This document shows positions 37,569 to 47,969 of a stretch of 64,000 nucleotides of DNA, in pieces; positions within the stretch are counted from its first letter, which is position 1; every line of letters begins with the position of its first letter. Source of the DNA: Terriglobia bacterium (GTDB taxonomy: Bacteria > Acidobacteriota > Terriglobia > 20CM-2-55-15). A program made the position numbers and the translations under genes. Below the pieces are notes generated by a model that saw nothing but the letters and a program-made list of their open reading frames with translations, made no database searches and was not told the DNA's origin. The stretch lies in contig CAXWPJ010000010.1 in NCBI GenBank assembly GCA_963664115.2, positions 508,438 to 572,437 of the forward strand, read 5' to 3'.

Positions 37569-38522
37569 ATGACAAACAGCGTAATGCTGACGACGAAATT
37601 GAGCCCTAGCCCGACCGACTTCGATATCACGGAACTCGTCGAGAACCTGCCTGGAGTCGCCTACCGGTGCCGATGGAGTGGTACGTGGTTCATGGAGTTC
37701 GTGAGCAAGGGCTGCCACCGGGTGACCGGGTACGAGCCTAACGAGTTAGTCGGCGACTCCGCTCTACCCTGGCAAAAGCTTCTGCACCCGGACGACTTCT
37801 CTCAGATCGCCACTGAAATCACTCTCGCCACGACTCATCGCAAATCGTTTCAGGTGGTGTACCGCGTCTTTACCAAAGATGGCGCCGAGCGCTGGTTGAT
37901 GGAAGAAGGGCGTGTTGTATCGGCACCGGACGAAGAGGGCGTTTGTTTGGAGGGGTTCATCTCGGACGTCACGGTACTAAAACAAACTGAAATGTCGCTG
38001 CGGGAAGCGAACCAGACCATCGGTCGCCTGATACGAGAGGATCCGCTGACCGGACTGGCAAACCGAAGGGCTCTCGAGGAGAACATGGTGCGCTCCATGT
38101 CGTTCTCACGCAGATGGCAACACCCGCTTTCTATCGTCATGGCGGACATCGACTATTTCAAGACCGTAAACGATCGATTCGGTCATCTCACGGGCGACCA
38201 GGTCCTGGTCTGCTTCTCCCAGTTGCTCAAATCGTCGTCCCGCGTTGAGGACATTGTGGCGCGCTTCGGAGGCGAGGAATTCATCCTGCTCTTACAAAAC
38301 ACCGGGCTCGAACGTGCAACGCAATTGGCCGAGAGGCTTCGAATCGACACGCAGGAAGCAATCCTGCCAATTCCGACACATATCACTGCGAGTTTCGGAG
38401 TCACCCTGATGCTGGACGAAGACACGCCCGAGAGCCTGATGACGCGCGCGGACAGGGCACTCTACGAAGCCAAGGAATCAGGCCGGAATGCTGTTCGGGC
38501 CTTCAACAGCGAACCGTCTTAG
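37569..38522 (+). CDS. PAS-GGDEF diguanylate cyclase
   Basis: PAS (NLPGVAY, HPDD); DPLTGLANRR, DIDYFKTVND, RVED I-site, GGEEF; start uncertain. Confidence 0.92.
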   Translation: MTNSVMLTTKLSPSPTDFDITELVENLPGVAYRCRWSGTWFMEFVSKGCHRVTGYEPNELVGDSALPWQKLLHPDDFSQIATEITLATTHRKSFQVVYRVFTKDGAERWLMEEGRVVSAPDEEGVCLEGFISDVTVLKQTEMSLREANQTIGRLIREDPLTGLANRRALEENMVRSMSFSRRWQHPLSIVMADIDYFKTVNDRFGHLTGDQVLVCFSQLLKSSSRVEDIVARFGGEEFILLLQNTGLERATQLAERLRIDTQEAILPIPTHITASFGVTLMLDEDTPESLMTRADRALYEAKESGRNAVRAFNSEPS

Positions 38523-38535
38523 CCGATCCGAAACG

Positions 38536-39870
38536 CTACTTCCCCGACCGCGACAAGACCAAAAAACCGATCACACTTGCGATCAATGAAGCCCCGAAGA
38601 TGCCGATTTTCGTCACGGCCTCAAGGGCCGGATCGTCGAAGGCGAGTCCTCCGATAAAGAGAGACATCGTGAATCCGATCCCGGCGAGGCAGCTGACACC
38701 ATAAATGTGCTTCCACCTGACACCAGCGGGCAACTGCGCCAGGCCCAAACGAACAGCAAGAAACGCAAACAGCGTGACCCCGATCTGCTTGCCGAAGATC
38801 AGTCCCAGTACGATTCCAAGCGTCACCCGACTACCGAGAGCCGAAGCCGTATTCAAATCGAAGATGACCCCCGCGTTGGCCAAGGCGAATAACGGCAGGA
38901 TCACGACGCTGACCCACGGGTGAAGAGCGGTTTGGATGCGCTGCAAAGGCGTGAGTGAGTGGTCCGTCACAACATCGAGGTCGAGAAGCGCATCCTGCCG
39001 CTTACGGTTCGCCAGCACGTGATGCTCGGGAGGACCGGCCTGCTCGAAGCGGTCGATCATTGCCCGACTGCGGGAGACAAACTTCCCGGGATCGAGACGA
39101 ATGTTCGCAGGAATCAGCATGGCCATCAACACTCCAGCCACCGTAGGGTGAACACCGGAAAAGAGGAATGCTGACCAAACGCCTCCAACACCGAAAATTC
39201 CATAGACCAGGGGATTGCGGACGCCGAGGCGATTGAGAACACCCACGAAGGCGAATGCGGCCGCTCCCACTCCAAGGCTCAAATATGAAATTTCAGAGGT
39301 GTAGAAAAGAGCAATCGCAATGACCGCGCCTAAGTCGTCCACGATCGCTAGAGATGCCAGGAATATCTTCAAAGAAGCAGGAACGCGGTCTCCCAACAGA
39401 TGGAGAATGCCCATTGAAAAGGCAATGTCGGTCGCCATCGGGATACCCCATCCAACCGCTTCGGGGGTCCCCGCGTTGAAAGCCGTGTAAATGAGGGCCG
39501 GCACCATCATGCCACCCGCGGCGGCGACCAGCGGCAGGGCGGCGAGACGCGGGGAGGCCAGCTCTCCAGCCAGCAACTCCCGCTTGATCTCCAGTCCGAC
39601 AACAAAGAAGAAAATCGCCATCAGCCCGTCGTTGATCCAGAGCAAGAGCGATTCGCTGACCTCAAGTCCACCCAGTTGAAAGGATAAGTGCGTCTCCCAC
39701 AACGCCGTATAGAGATCAGACCATGGAGAATTCGCCCAGGCCAGGGCGATCGCGGCCGATACAAACAGGAGGATGCCGGAGGACACCTCAGCCCGGATAA
39801 ACATCCGAAACGGAAGCAGCAACTTCTCGATCGGTGGGTTCTCGTTGATGAGGATGCCTTTTCGCTTCAT
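38536..39870 (-). CDS. nhaA: Na+/H+ antiporter
   Basis: WINDGLMAIFF, GLEIKRE, ATDIAF, AIVDDLGA, GIGFTMSLFI. Confidence 0.95.
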   Translation of the reverse strand: MKRKGILINENPPIEKLLLPFRMFIRAEVSSGILLFVSAAIALAWANSPWSDLYTALWETHLSFQLGGLEVSESLLLWINDGLMAIFFFVVGLEIKRELLAGELASPRLAALPLVAAAGGMMVPALIYTAFNAGTPEAVGWGIPMATDIAFSMGILHLLGDRVPASLKIFLASLAIVDDLGAVIAIALFYTSEISYLSLGVGAAAFAFVGVLNRLGVRNPLVYGIFGVGGVWSAFLFSGVHPTVAGVLMAMLIPANIRLDPGKFVSRSRAMIDRFEQAGPPEHHVLANRKRQDALLDLDVVTDHSLTPLQRIQTALHPWVSVVILPLFALANAGVIFDLNTASALGSRVTLGIVLGLIFGKQIGVTLFAFLAVRLGLAQLPAGVRWKHIYGVSCLAGIGFTMSLFIGGLAFDDPALEAVTKIGIFGASLIASVIGFLVLSRSGK

Positions 39871-40574
39871 GTCGCGTTAGGACTATAATGGATTCAAAGA
39901 TAGAAATTCGAACTCGGATGCATGCTCGGACCCCGTCGCCCCCTCGTTTCTCCAATACTGTGCCTCGTTCGTCCTAGACCGACAGGCGCAAGGTCCGATG
40001 AGGGGCCCAAAAAAACCCAAATCAACTACATTTTTCGCTAAAGTTTCTGCAGGAATTGTCGACGGGGCCATTGGAGGACAGCTTTGGATGGGGCCAAAAA
40101 GTGTAAGTAAATGAAACGTAAACACCGATGGCAAAGGGGTGAACTTTGGCATGCTCATTGCAACATGGAAAGACATAACGCGGTTAGAAATAGCCCGTTC
40201 GGACTCAGTCGCAATAGAGGCAAGTCCGGCCAGGGACGGTACGCGCAAACGATAGATTCAGGATGAGCTGCGGGGGCGGAGCCCACATCGAAAAGGATTT
40301 CGGAGAGCAGCAACCTTACGTGGGCGACGAAGGACACTGGGACCAAAGCCTGACGGCGAAGGGATTCGCCGCCAGGTTTTTTCGTTCAGGCGTAAATCTC
40401 TCAGTGCGCCATCACTATCGCGAAGTCACCATTCGCGCCATCGTGACCCCAGGTGCCCGTGATCGTATTCCCATCGATGGAACCTTCAATTAATAGAAAT
40501 TGATCCGTTTAGCCGGACCGGCCTAAAATAACGTCTTCACGACCGTACGCAGACATACCCGGAGGTACTCAAAG

Positions 40575-42392
40575 ATGCTTCGAAAACTGGAGTGGCTCGG
40601 TGCAGCAATGCTCATCGTTGCGATTGGTGTAGCGCCGGCTTCTGCTCAGGAAGCGGGACCCGCCGAATGGCGGGACGATCTCACAGCCATCGGGCCCGGG
40701 GACTGGAACGATGGCTTTGCCGCGCACCTGCTCGAACGAGCCGGATTCGGTGGAACTCCGGAAGAGATAGAAGTTCTGGCGCAGATGACGCCGGCTGATG
40801 CCATACGCCGGCTGGTTAACTTCGAGAACGTTGACAACAGCCACCTGCCTCGGTTCGAACACTCCGAAATTCACGATCCTGGACTGGAACCGTTCCCTCC
40901 CGGCCGGCCAGCGACGACAGCCCTGGCCAAGGAGACTGGAGAAGCACTCGGGATCAAGGTCAAACCGAGGGGAAACCGTCGCCTTCAGCCCGTCGTCAAC
41001 AAGTTCTTTTACTGGCTGAGGGCCAGCGTCCTCGAAACCAACCGTGTCGCCTACTGGTGGGCAAACAGAATGGTCGCCACCAACCGCCCGGTTGAAGAAA
41101 AGATGGCGCTGTTCTGGCACGGCCACTATGCGGTCAGCGAGGGCAAGGTCCGTGACTATCGAAAGTTGCTGGGCCAACTCGAACTCTTCTACGAGCATGG
41201 AACGGGCAATTTCCGGGACTTGATGGTAGCCATGGCACAAGATCCTGGAATGCTCTCGTTCTTAGACGCCGGCGTCAACGTCAAGGGCGCACCCAACGAA
41301 AACTTCGCTCGCGAGATCATGGAACTGTTCACGATGGGTGTGGGGAACTACACGGAAACAGATATCCGTGAGGCAGCCCGGGCGTTCACGGGTTGGAACT
41401 ATGTGGATCTCGACTTCGTAGTCAACGAAGACCAGCACGACAGCGGCGAAAAACGCTTTCTCGGTCGAACGGGCAACTTCGACGGCGTCGAAATTATCGA
41501 CATCATCATGGACCAGCCCGTCACGGCCAACTACATCGCCGGAAAGATCTATCGCTACTTCGTCCGCGAAGAACTCTCAAGCGAACTCCAGGAACAACTG
41601 GGCACGGTGCTCAGGGAAGCCGATTACGAAATCGCGACGCTGCTGGAAACGATCTTCCTATCCCGGGACTTCTACAGTGAACCTTCGGTGGGCACTCTTA
41701 TCAAGAGCCCCGTGGGGTTGGCCGTGTCCACGTACCGCAAACTGGGCTTGGCTGACACGCCGGGCGTTCCAGACTTCAACTCGGCCACCAGTGCGTTGGG
41801 TCAACGTCTCTTTCATCCCCCGACGGTAGCCGGTTGGGCCCAGGGCCGGAGTTGGGTGACGCCGGGCCTACTGCTCGAACGGGGTAATTTTGCGCGCGAC
41901 GTCCTCTTCCCGGACATCAACTTCGTGCCACCGGACCGTATCAACGGTAACCCCGAAATCCGGAGTGTGGCAGACAGGATACGACAGGGAATGGACATCA
42001 CTGCGGCGACGATGCCCAGCAGTGGGGAAATCATGGCGGAGTCGAATATGCTGGCGGATCGCGACGAGGACTTCAACACCCGTTACGGCAGCTTCCGCGG
42101 CTGGCAGATGGCGATTCAAAGAGTCATACCGATCTCGAGACATGCCGCCCGGATTGATCTGTCCGCTATGGTTTTAGAGGCGGGCTTAACAGACACGACA
42201 GAGGTCGTCGACTATTTCATCGAGCGTTTCATGCGCGTCGGCCCCAGTTCTGATGTAAGGAAAATACTTGTGGATTTCCTGGACTCCGAACTGGGTACGT
42301 CCGACGTCGCGGTTGCCGAAACCTATCTGGAGGATTCCCTCCGGCTGGTGCTGCACCTGATCATGAGCCAACCCGAGTACCAACTCGGTTGA
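40575..42392 (+). CDS. DUF1800-family exported protein
   Basis: HLLERAGFG, EKMALFWHGH, PNENFAREIMELFTMG, AARAFTGW, PEYQL. Confidence 0.9.
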   Translation: MLRKLEWLGAAMLIVAIGVAPASAQEAGPAEWRDDLTAIGPGDWNDGFAAHLLERAGFGGTPEEIEVLAQMTPADAIRRLVNFENVDNSHLPRFEHSEIHDPGLEPFPPGRPATTALAKETGEALGIKVKPRGNRRLQPVVNKFFYWLRASVLETNRVAYWWANRMVATNRPVEEKMALFWHGHYAVSEGKVRDYRKLLGQLELFYEHGTGNFRDLMVAMAQDPGMLSFLDAGVNVKGAPNENFAREIMELFTMGVGNYTETDIREAARAFTGWNYVDLDFVVNEDQHDSGEKRFLGRTGNFDGVEIIDIIMDQPVTANYIAGKIYRYFVREELSSELQEQLGTVLREADYEIATLLETIFLSRDFYSEPSVGTLIKSPVGLAVSTYRKLGLADTPGVPDFNSATSALGQRLFHPPTVAGWAQGRSWVTPGLLLERGNFARDVLFPDINFVPPDRINGNPEIRSVADRIRQGMDITAATMPSSGEIMAESNMLADRDEDFNTRYGSFRGWQMAIQRVIPISRHAARIDLSAMVLEAGLTDTTEVVDYFIERFMRVGPSSDVRKILVDFLDSELGTSDVAVAETYLEDSLRLVLHLIMSQPEYQLG

Positions 42393-42403
42393 GGAATTCA
42401 CTT

Positions 42404-43651
42404 ATGAAAAAACACGGTTCACCTTCGAGCAATCTTACCCGAAGGGATCTGTTGCGCGCCGGCCTGTGCGGCATCGGTGTCGGCGCGGCAGCCACGATGC
42501 GCGTACCTAGTTTGTTTGGGCGCGCGGCGCGGTCGATCGCCTCACAGGCGAGGGACGACGGGCGGATACTCGTAGTGCTGGAGTTATCTGGCGGAAATGA
42601 CGGACTCAACACCGTGATTCCTTATGGTGACGACGCTTATTACCGGCATCGGCCCACGATCGGTATCCCCGCGGCCGATATCCGCCAGATCGACGACCAC
42701 TTCGGCTTCAACCGTGGCATGACCGGCTTCGAGCGCCTTTACAAGGACGGGAAGATGGCCATCGTTCACGGATGCGGGTACGAGAACCCTTCGTTCTCAC
42801 ACTTCACCTCGATGGCCTACTGGCACACTGCCGCGCCCAATAGTGGGTCTGAATATGGGTGGGTCGGCCAGCTTGCCGATACGATGGAGCCAAGCGCGCC
42901 TCCGAATTTCCTGATCAACATCGACTCCCGCCAATCGCTGGCCGTTCGCAGCCGCACCCACGTACCGGTCGTGTTCGACGATCCGAATAAGTTTGCGCGC
43001 GAGGGCTTCTATCAGGAGGAGGAAGTTTTCTCCCGTGTCGCACACAACGGTCAGGTCAGCAACCCGTCACGGGCATTCCTGTTGGACATCGCCCGAAGCG
43101 CGCGTGACGCGTCCGCCCTCGTCCAGGAAGCCTGGAGCAACTATAGCTCGCCGGTGGACTACGGCATCACGGGGCTCGACCTGCCCAAAGTCGTATCTTT
43201 AATCGACGCCGGCATGCCGACACGCCTGTATTACACCGCGTACCGAAACAACGCGTTCGACACGCATGTGTTCCAGAACGACCTGCACCAGCGTTTGCTG
43301 ACGTACGCGTCCGATGCCGTTTCCGCGTTCATCGAAGACCTGGAACGCATCGGCCGCGCCGATGACGTCACCGTGATGGTCTTCTCAGAATTCGGCCGCC
43401 GCGTACCTGAAAACGTAAGCCTGGGCACCGATCACGGAGCTGCAAATCTCATGTTCGTCGCGGGCAACAACGTAAGGGGTGGCCATTACGGAGAAGTGCC
43501 GAGCCTGACCAATCTGGACGCAGGCGACAACCTCGTCTACACCACCGACTTCCGCCGTGTCTACGCGACAATGATCGAAGGTTGGTTGGGGCATCCCGAT
43601 GCAGGGGAGATCCTAAACGGCAGCTTTGAGCCGTTCGACATGTTCGTCTGA
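42404..43651 (+). CDS. DUF1501-family Tat-exported protein
   Basis: TRRDLL Tat motif; GGNDGLN, SHF, FDTH, SEFGRR, GTDHG, DFRRVYA. Confidence 0.9.
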   Translation: MKKHGSPSSNLTRRDLLRAGLCGIGVGAAATMRVPSLFGRAARSIASQARDDGRILVVLELSGGNDGLNTVIPYGDDAYYRHRPTIGIPAADIRQIDDHFGFNRGMTGFERLYKDGKMAIVHGCGYENPSFSHFTSMAYWHTAAPNSGSEYGWVGQLADTMEPSAPPNFLINIDSRQSLAVRSRTHVPVVFDDPNKFAREGFYQEEEVFSRVAHNGQVSNPSRAFLLDIARSARDASALVQEAWSNYSSPVDYGITGLDLPKVVSLIDAGMPTRLYYTAYRNNAFDTHVFQNDLHQRLLTYASDAVSAFIEDLERIGRADDVTVMVFSEFGRRVPENVSLGTDHGAANLMFVAGNNVRGGHYGEVPSLTNLDAGDNLVYTTDFRRVYATMIEGWLGHPDAGEILNGSFEPFDMFV

Positions 43652-44013
43652 CCCCGGAGGCCCAGAGGAAAGGCCACCAAACCTTGTGCCTCCGCAACGC
43701 CCGACAACAGCCTCCTGCCAATCAGGAACGATAGTTTCCTATCCAGTCTGATAGCTTTAACACGCTTTTCGCCCGACCCGGTTTCCCCGCCTGCTGCCCT
43801 CTTCTAATCTCCTATCCCGTTTATACACAGTCGGTTTCCTCCTGAATCAGACTGCCGTCCCCACCGGTCCCAACGCTTGGCACTCGATCTGCCTTTACTG
43901 AACCAGAACCGACGCTCAAAGCGCCGGATTCAAAAAAGAACGAGGCCGCCGACAGGCATCCAAACCCGGGCGGCCTCGGAGATCTGAGAACTTCAACACA
44001 GGAGACAACACAG

Positions 44014-44445
44014 ATGAAGCGAAAGACCATTTTTTCGATATTGACCTTAGGAGTGATCGTCCTGTTCGGATCCACTGACGTTCGGGCACAAATACCGGAC
44101 GTCACGCGGATCAATGTCCCCTTCGCCTTCACCGTTGGAGATCAGCTGCTGCCGCACGGCGACTATCTCATCCACAGGCTGAATCCTCTGGCCCCCAACG
44201 TCGTCCGGATCATGAGGAAGGACGGTGAGGTTGAGGCAAGCATTCACGTCACGATGCTGGTTTATGAAAACCAGCATCCGGGGCCTGGCAGGCTCGTTTT
44301 CAACAAATATGGGAACGACCTCTTCCTGTCCCAACTCTGGCTGACCGGTTCCACGACCGGCCGCGAATTCCGAGTCTCGGATGCCGAGCTTGAGGTCGCG
44401 GCAAACACGCCTCGTGTCCGAACCGAAATCGCTCTGGGACAGTAA
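44014..44445 (+). CDS. Small exported beta-rich hypothetical protein
   Basis: AGGAG SD; signal peptide; VPFAFTVG..LPHGDY, LVFNKYG..FLSQLW. Confidence 0.8.
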   Translation: MKRKTIFSILTLGVIVLFGSTDVRAQIPDVTRINVPFAFTVGDQLLPHGDYLIHRLNPLAPNVVRIMRKDGEVEASIHVTMLVYENQHPGPGRLVFNKYGNDLFLSQLWLTGSTTGREFRVSDAELEVAANTPRVRTEIALGQ

Positions 44446-44589
44446 TTCACACACCCGTCCATGCCGTGACGAGGACGGGAGGGGTTCGGAGGGCTAGAAC
44501 GGCTCCGAACCCCGCCACGTTGCCGAGAAACAAATCGTTCGATGAACAGCGACAAACAAAATTGATGGGTTGTAAAGGAGCGTTACAAA

Positions 44590-44850
44590 ATGATTGGAAC
44601 AGCTGAGTCCGTTATCCCATCCGGCTACGACATCACCCCGATGAATGGGATAACGGACGTTCAGACAAAGCAACTCAAGCGGACGCTCGATGGTGATCAC
44701 TCGTTGGTGACTGATCCGAAGCGCGCGAAATTCTACGAGGTGAGATCTCCCGACGACTGGTTCTACATTCACGTGCGTGAATCGAAGGTTTACCTCGTCT
44801 GGCATGCGCAACGGAACAGGAGCAACACCGGTATGGCGGCAGGAGCCTGA
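44590..44850 (+). CDS. Small hypothetical protein
   Basis: AAGGAG SD; 86-aa ORF filling the gap; no recognised motif. Confidence 0.6.
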   Translation: MIGTAESVIPSGYDITPMNGITDVQTKQLKRTLDGDHSLVTDPKRAKFYEVRSPDDWFYIHVRESKVYLVWHAQRNRSNTGMAAGA

Positions 44851-44927
44851 ATTCGGACAAACCGGCCGACACGGTAGCAAGGCAAATCCCGGCGGGGGGA
44901 GTTATTAATTGCTAAGACAAATACAGA

Positions 44928-46480
44928 TATTCTGTTAGTCGGCGGGTCGACCGATCGCCGGGCACTGTACCTCGGAACAGCCTTTCTTCTCTCAGCTTCG
45001 GGGTTCGCGGAAGGTCTGATCCTCGTACCTCCAGCCAACATACCCTTACTCTCTTCCCTGGTCGACGCTTTCTATTCGATTCGCCTTTTCTCGATCGTCC
45101 CAATCTATCTGTGGCTCTTCGTAGCGGACTTCCCAAGGACGATCGATGAAGGCCGGGCAAGCAAGCTGGTTCGATCGGGATATCTGTCGTCGCTCTACAT
45201 CGGGACCGGTCTCTGCGTTGCCAATATCGTTTTAGGTCCCGATCTCCAAATGTGGGGCTTCAACGTCGGCTCGAGCTTGGGGGACTGTTCGCGTACGGCA
45301 CTGAGGGTACTCTGTATTGGACGCTGGTCTATGCTCTAAGCCTGCCTGCTGTTCCCGTAATCCTCTGGAGAAGCCGCACTGCACCACTGTCTGAGCGACG
45401 CCGTGTATCTATCTTTGCCTCGGCACTCGCCCTCGGTGCGGGACCCTTACTGCTATGGCCTTTCCTTCTCTACACAATACCTGGTCTGACCGAATTTATC
45501 GCCGATCCATCGCGTCAGCTGTGGCAATTCGTAATCTCCTATCCACTGCTGGCACTAACGCCACTGGCAAGCACATATGCGGTTCTTGTTTATCGTGTTC
45601 TCGAGGTCCGACTCATCATCCGTGCTGCCATCCAGTACGCGCTGGCACGTTATACGGTCTTGGCTGCTACCGGCCTGCCCATCGTGGTGCTCTTCGCATT
45701 TCTCTATCAGAATCGAGAGCAAACTCTGGTGTCGTTACTCACAGGCACACGCCCCGCGATGCTTTTGGGTGGAACTGGACTTGGAATCCTCACGTATCAG
45801 GTTCGAGGTCGGGTTATCACCACCATTGACCGCCGCTTCTTTCGCGAACAGTATGACACGAATCAGATCTTGGCAAGATTGGTCGAACAGATCCGAACCA
45901 CTTCAGCAAGTTATGAACTCACTTCCATTCTGGGGGACGAGCTCGACCGCGCCCTGCATCTACAGACGTTAGGAACCTTTGTATTGGATCTCGAAAGGGC
46001 CGTTCTGAGGTCAGCTGACGGTCGATCTCGCCCCCTCGGACTGACCTCAGATTTGGCAGGAATACTCGAAGCCGAAACAGAATCTTTGGATGTGGACCCT
46101 GGAGATCCGAGGGCGGCTTTTCGCGAGATGGGAACTGAAGATCAGGAATGGATCGTCGATCACAGTTTTGTTCTGTTGGTTCCGTTGATCGGTTCCACTG
46201 GGAGACTCGTCGGCCTGATGGCACTAGGAGAAAAAAGAGCGAGTTGCCTTTTTCTGCAGAGGATCGATTCTTGTGATCCGCAGTCGCCAGTTCTTCGGCA
46301 TTAGCGGTCGAAACGCGTGTCATCAGTGAAACTCCTGCGTTGATGCCCCCTCTGGGAGCGGGTGCCGACACAACCGCCGATAACGCGACCCTGTGTCCCG
46401 CATGTGTTCGAATTGAAACGACTGAAACGCTCGCATGCCCGAAATGCGGTGGAAAGATGCACGATGCCTCTGTGCCCTAT
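44928..46480 (+). pseudogene. Decayed membrane sensor (TM + GAF-like + Zn ribbon), probably the N-terminal part of a Ser/Thr kinase
   Basis: Frameshift near 45250, frameshift in the A-run near 46232, in-frame TGA near 46274; DRRFFRE, GEK(K)SELPF, CPAC..CPKCG; cut by an IS at 46481. Confidence 0.7.
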
Positions 46481-47874
46481 CAGCCCGTGGCAGAAGTGGC
46501 ATATTTTGAGCCGGAATTCACAGGAGTGTTCCGGGAAGGATCGGCTGCGAAATCGTTTCGGGAGCGGTGACGATCGAAAGAGAGCGTTGCATAGTGGCTC
46601 CAGAGCAGTATCAGGGTGAACAAGGCAGTGACATGCTGGCCCTGAAGGCCTCGCGGTGTGCCATTCCCGAAATTGTTCCGAAGAATCAGACTCAGATTCA
46701 ACGCAGCGTACTGAATCAGAACACGCTTGAGAATGTTGTCGCGATGTCGCAGGTGAACCCGACGCATTGCGCCAGTTTCCAGCGTGTGCGCAAACGGTTG
46801 TTCCAACATCAGTCCCCGCTGTCGGAGTAACCGCTTGCCCCGCTCACCCCGGATCCGCCGCCGGTTCGCATAGACGGCCTTTTGTTCGTCGGGCTTGCCT
46901 TTCCAGTTGCGCCGGCCCCGGTCCGGCTCCGAGATGTAGCTGCGCATATTGAGGTCCCTGAAACCGGTCAGCGTATCGTTACTGTGATATCCCTTATCGG
47001 CCACGATTTCGGAGAGGCAATCATCCCGCAACTTCGATTCAGGATCGGCCGCCAGTGTCTCCATCTGACGAGCCGCTTCGATCATCGTCTCTTTGATCGT
47101 CGTCGTGTCGCCCTGGTCGGTGCCCTGCACGGTGACTGCCAGGATGGCCCCGGTCTTCATGTCGGCGGCATGTGCGACCTTGTGCGCCAGATCAGTCCGG
47201 CCGTCCTTCATCTTCGTGATTCGCGCGTCCGGGTCGTGGGGATGTTCCCACTCTTTGTTCGATCCCTTCTTCGTGCGCTTTCGGTCCAGCCGGGCCCGCT
47301 CGGCCTGGGTCGGAGTCTCAATGCCCGACGCCTGCGCCAGCCGTGTCAGGAACTCGTTGTAGGCTTCTCCGGTATCCCGTCTCACGATCGTTCGCATCGC
47401 CGCATTCGCCTCCAGCGTCGATGCATCCACGCCCACCGTCTTCCCATCGATCAGGCCCTCACTGGCCAACACGCCCAACATCCACGAAAAAACCTTTCCA
47501 TGCGTTTCCAGATCGATCAGCCGTCGGGTTCGCGACACCGTCGAATGATCCGCCACCGCGTCGCTCAGTCCCAATCCCAGAAATTCCCGCAAGCTCAGAG
47601 AATCGGCACACCGCCATGCGATTCCCCGCTCCGAATCGATCCCTTCAAAGTAGCCGACCAGCAGCATCCGAAAATACCTGCCCGGTGCCAGGCTCGGCCG
47701 ACCCATCACTGCGGCGTAGAACTTCTCGCAGGCATCCTCGACGAACCGGTCGAAATTCGTCTCATTCAGGATTCGGTTCACCCGTTCATAGAACACGTGG
47801 CCCGCGGTTCGCGGCAACTCCGCCGTCGCCACCCACAACGTCTCCTGTCGGTCCTTTCTTCGTCCCATTCCCAT
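46480..47874 (-). CDS. DDE transposase with DUF772-like N-terminus
   Basis: GRPS, SERGIAW, DHSTVSR, VDAST, ADKGYHS, LEQPFAH. Confidence 0.92.
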   Translation of the reverse strand: MGMGRRKDRQETLWVATAELPRTAGHVFYERVNRILNETNFDRFVEDACEKFYAAVMGRPSLAPGRYFRMLLVGYFEGIDSERGIAWRCADSLSLREFLGLGLSDAVADHSTVSRTRRLIDLETHGKVFSWMLGVLASEGLIDGKTVGVDASTLEANAAMRTIVRRDTGEAYNEFLTRLAQASGIETPTQAERARLDRKRTKKGSNKEWEHPHDPDARITKMKDGRTDLAHKVAHAADMKTGAILAVTVQGTDQGDTTTIKETMIEAARQMETLAADPESKLRDDCLSEIVADKGYHSNDTLTGFRDLNMRSYISEPDRGRRNWKGKPDEQKAVYANRRRIRGERGKRLLRQRGLMLEQPFAHTLETGAMRRVHLRHRDNILKRVLIQYAALNLSLILRNNFGNGTPRGLQGQHVTALFTLILLWSHYATLSFDRHRSRNDFAADPSRNTPVNSGSKYATSATG

Positions 47875-47965
47875 AGCGCGGTCTCCTTACCTCAATGTTC
47901 CTCGCGATATGGTCGCATCCGGTCCTTCTTCTAAATACTATGAAACCGACTTTCACCACGGGCTG
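46481..47965 (-). mobile_element. IS5/IS1182-like insertion sequence
   Basis: Terminal IRs CAGCCCGTGGCAGAAGT / ACTTTCACCACGGGCTG; flanked by CTAT and CTAG. Confidence 0.88.
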
Positions 47966-47969
47966 CTAG

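Noticed and set aside
39883-40493. Short ORFs between nhaA and DUF1800
   Set aside because: No SD, motif or coding-like composition that I can support
46270-46280. In-frame TGA as possible selenocysteine
   Set aside because: Lies in a gene with multiple frameshifts at a non-redox position; no SECIS-like hairpin recognised
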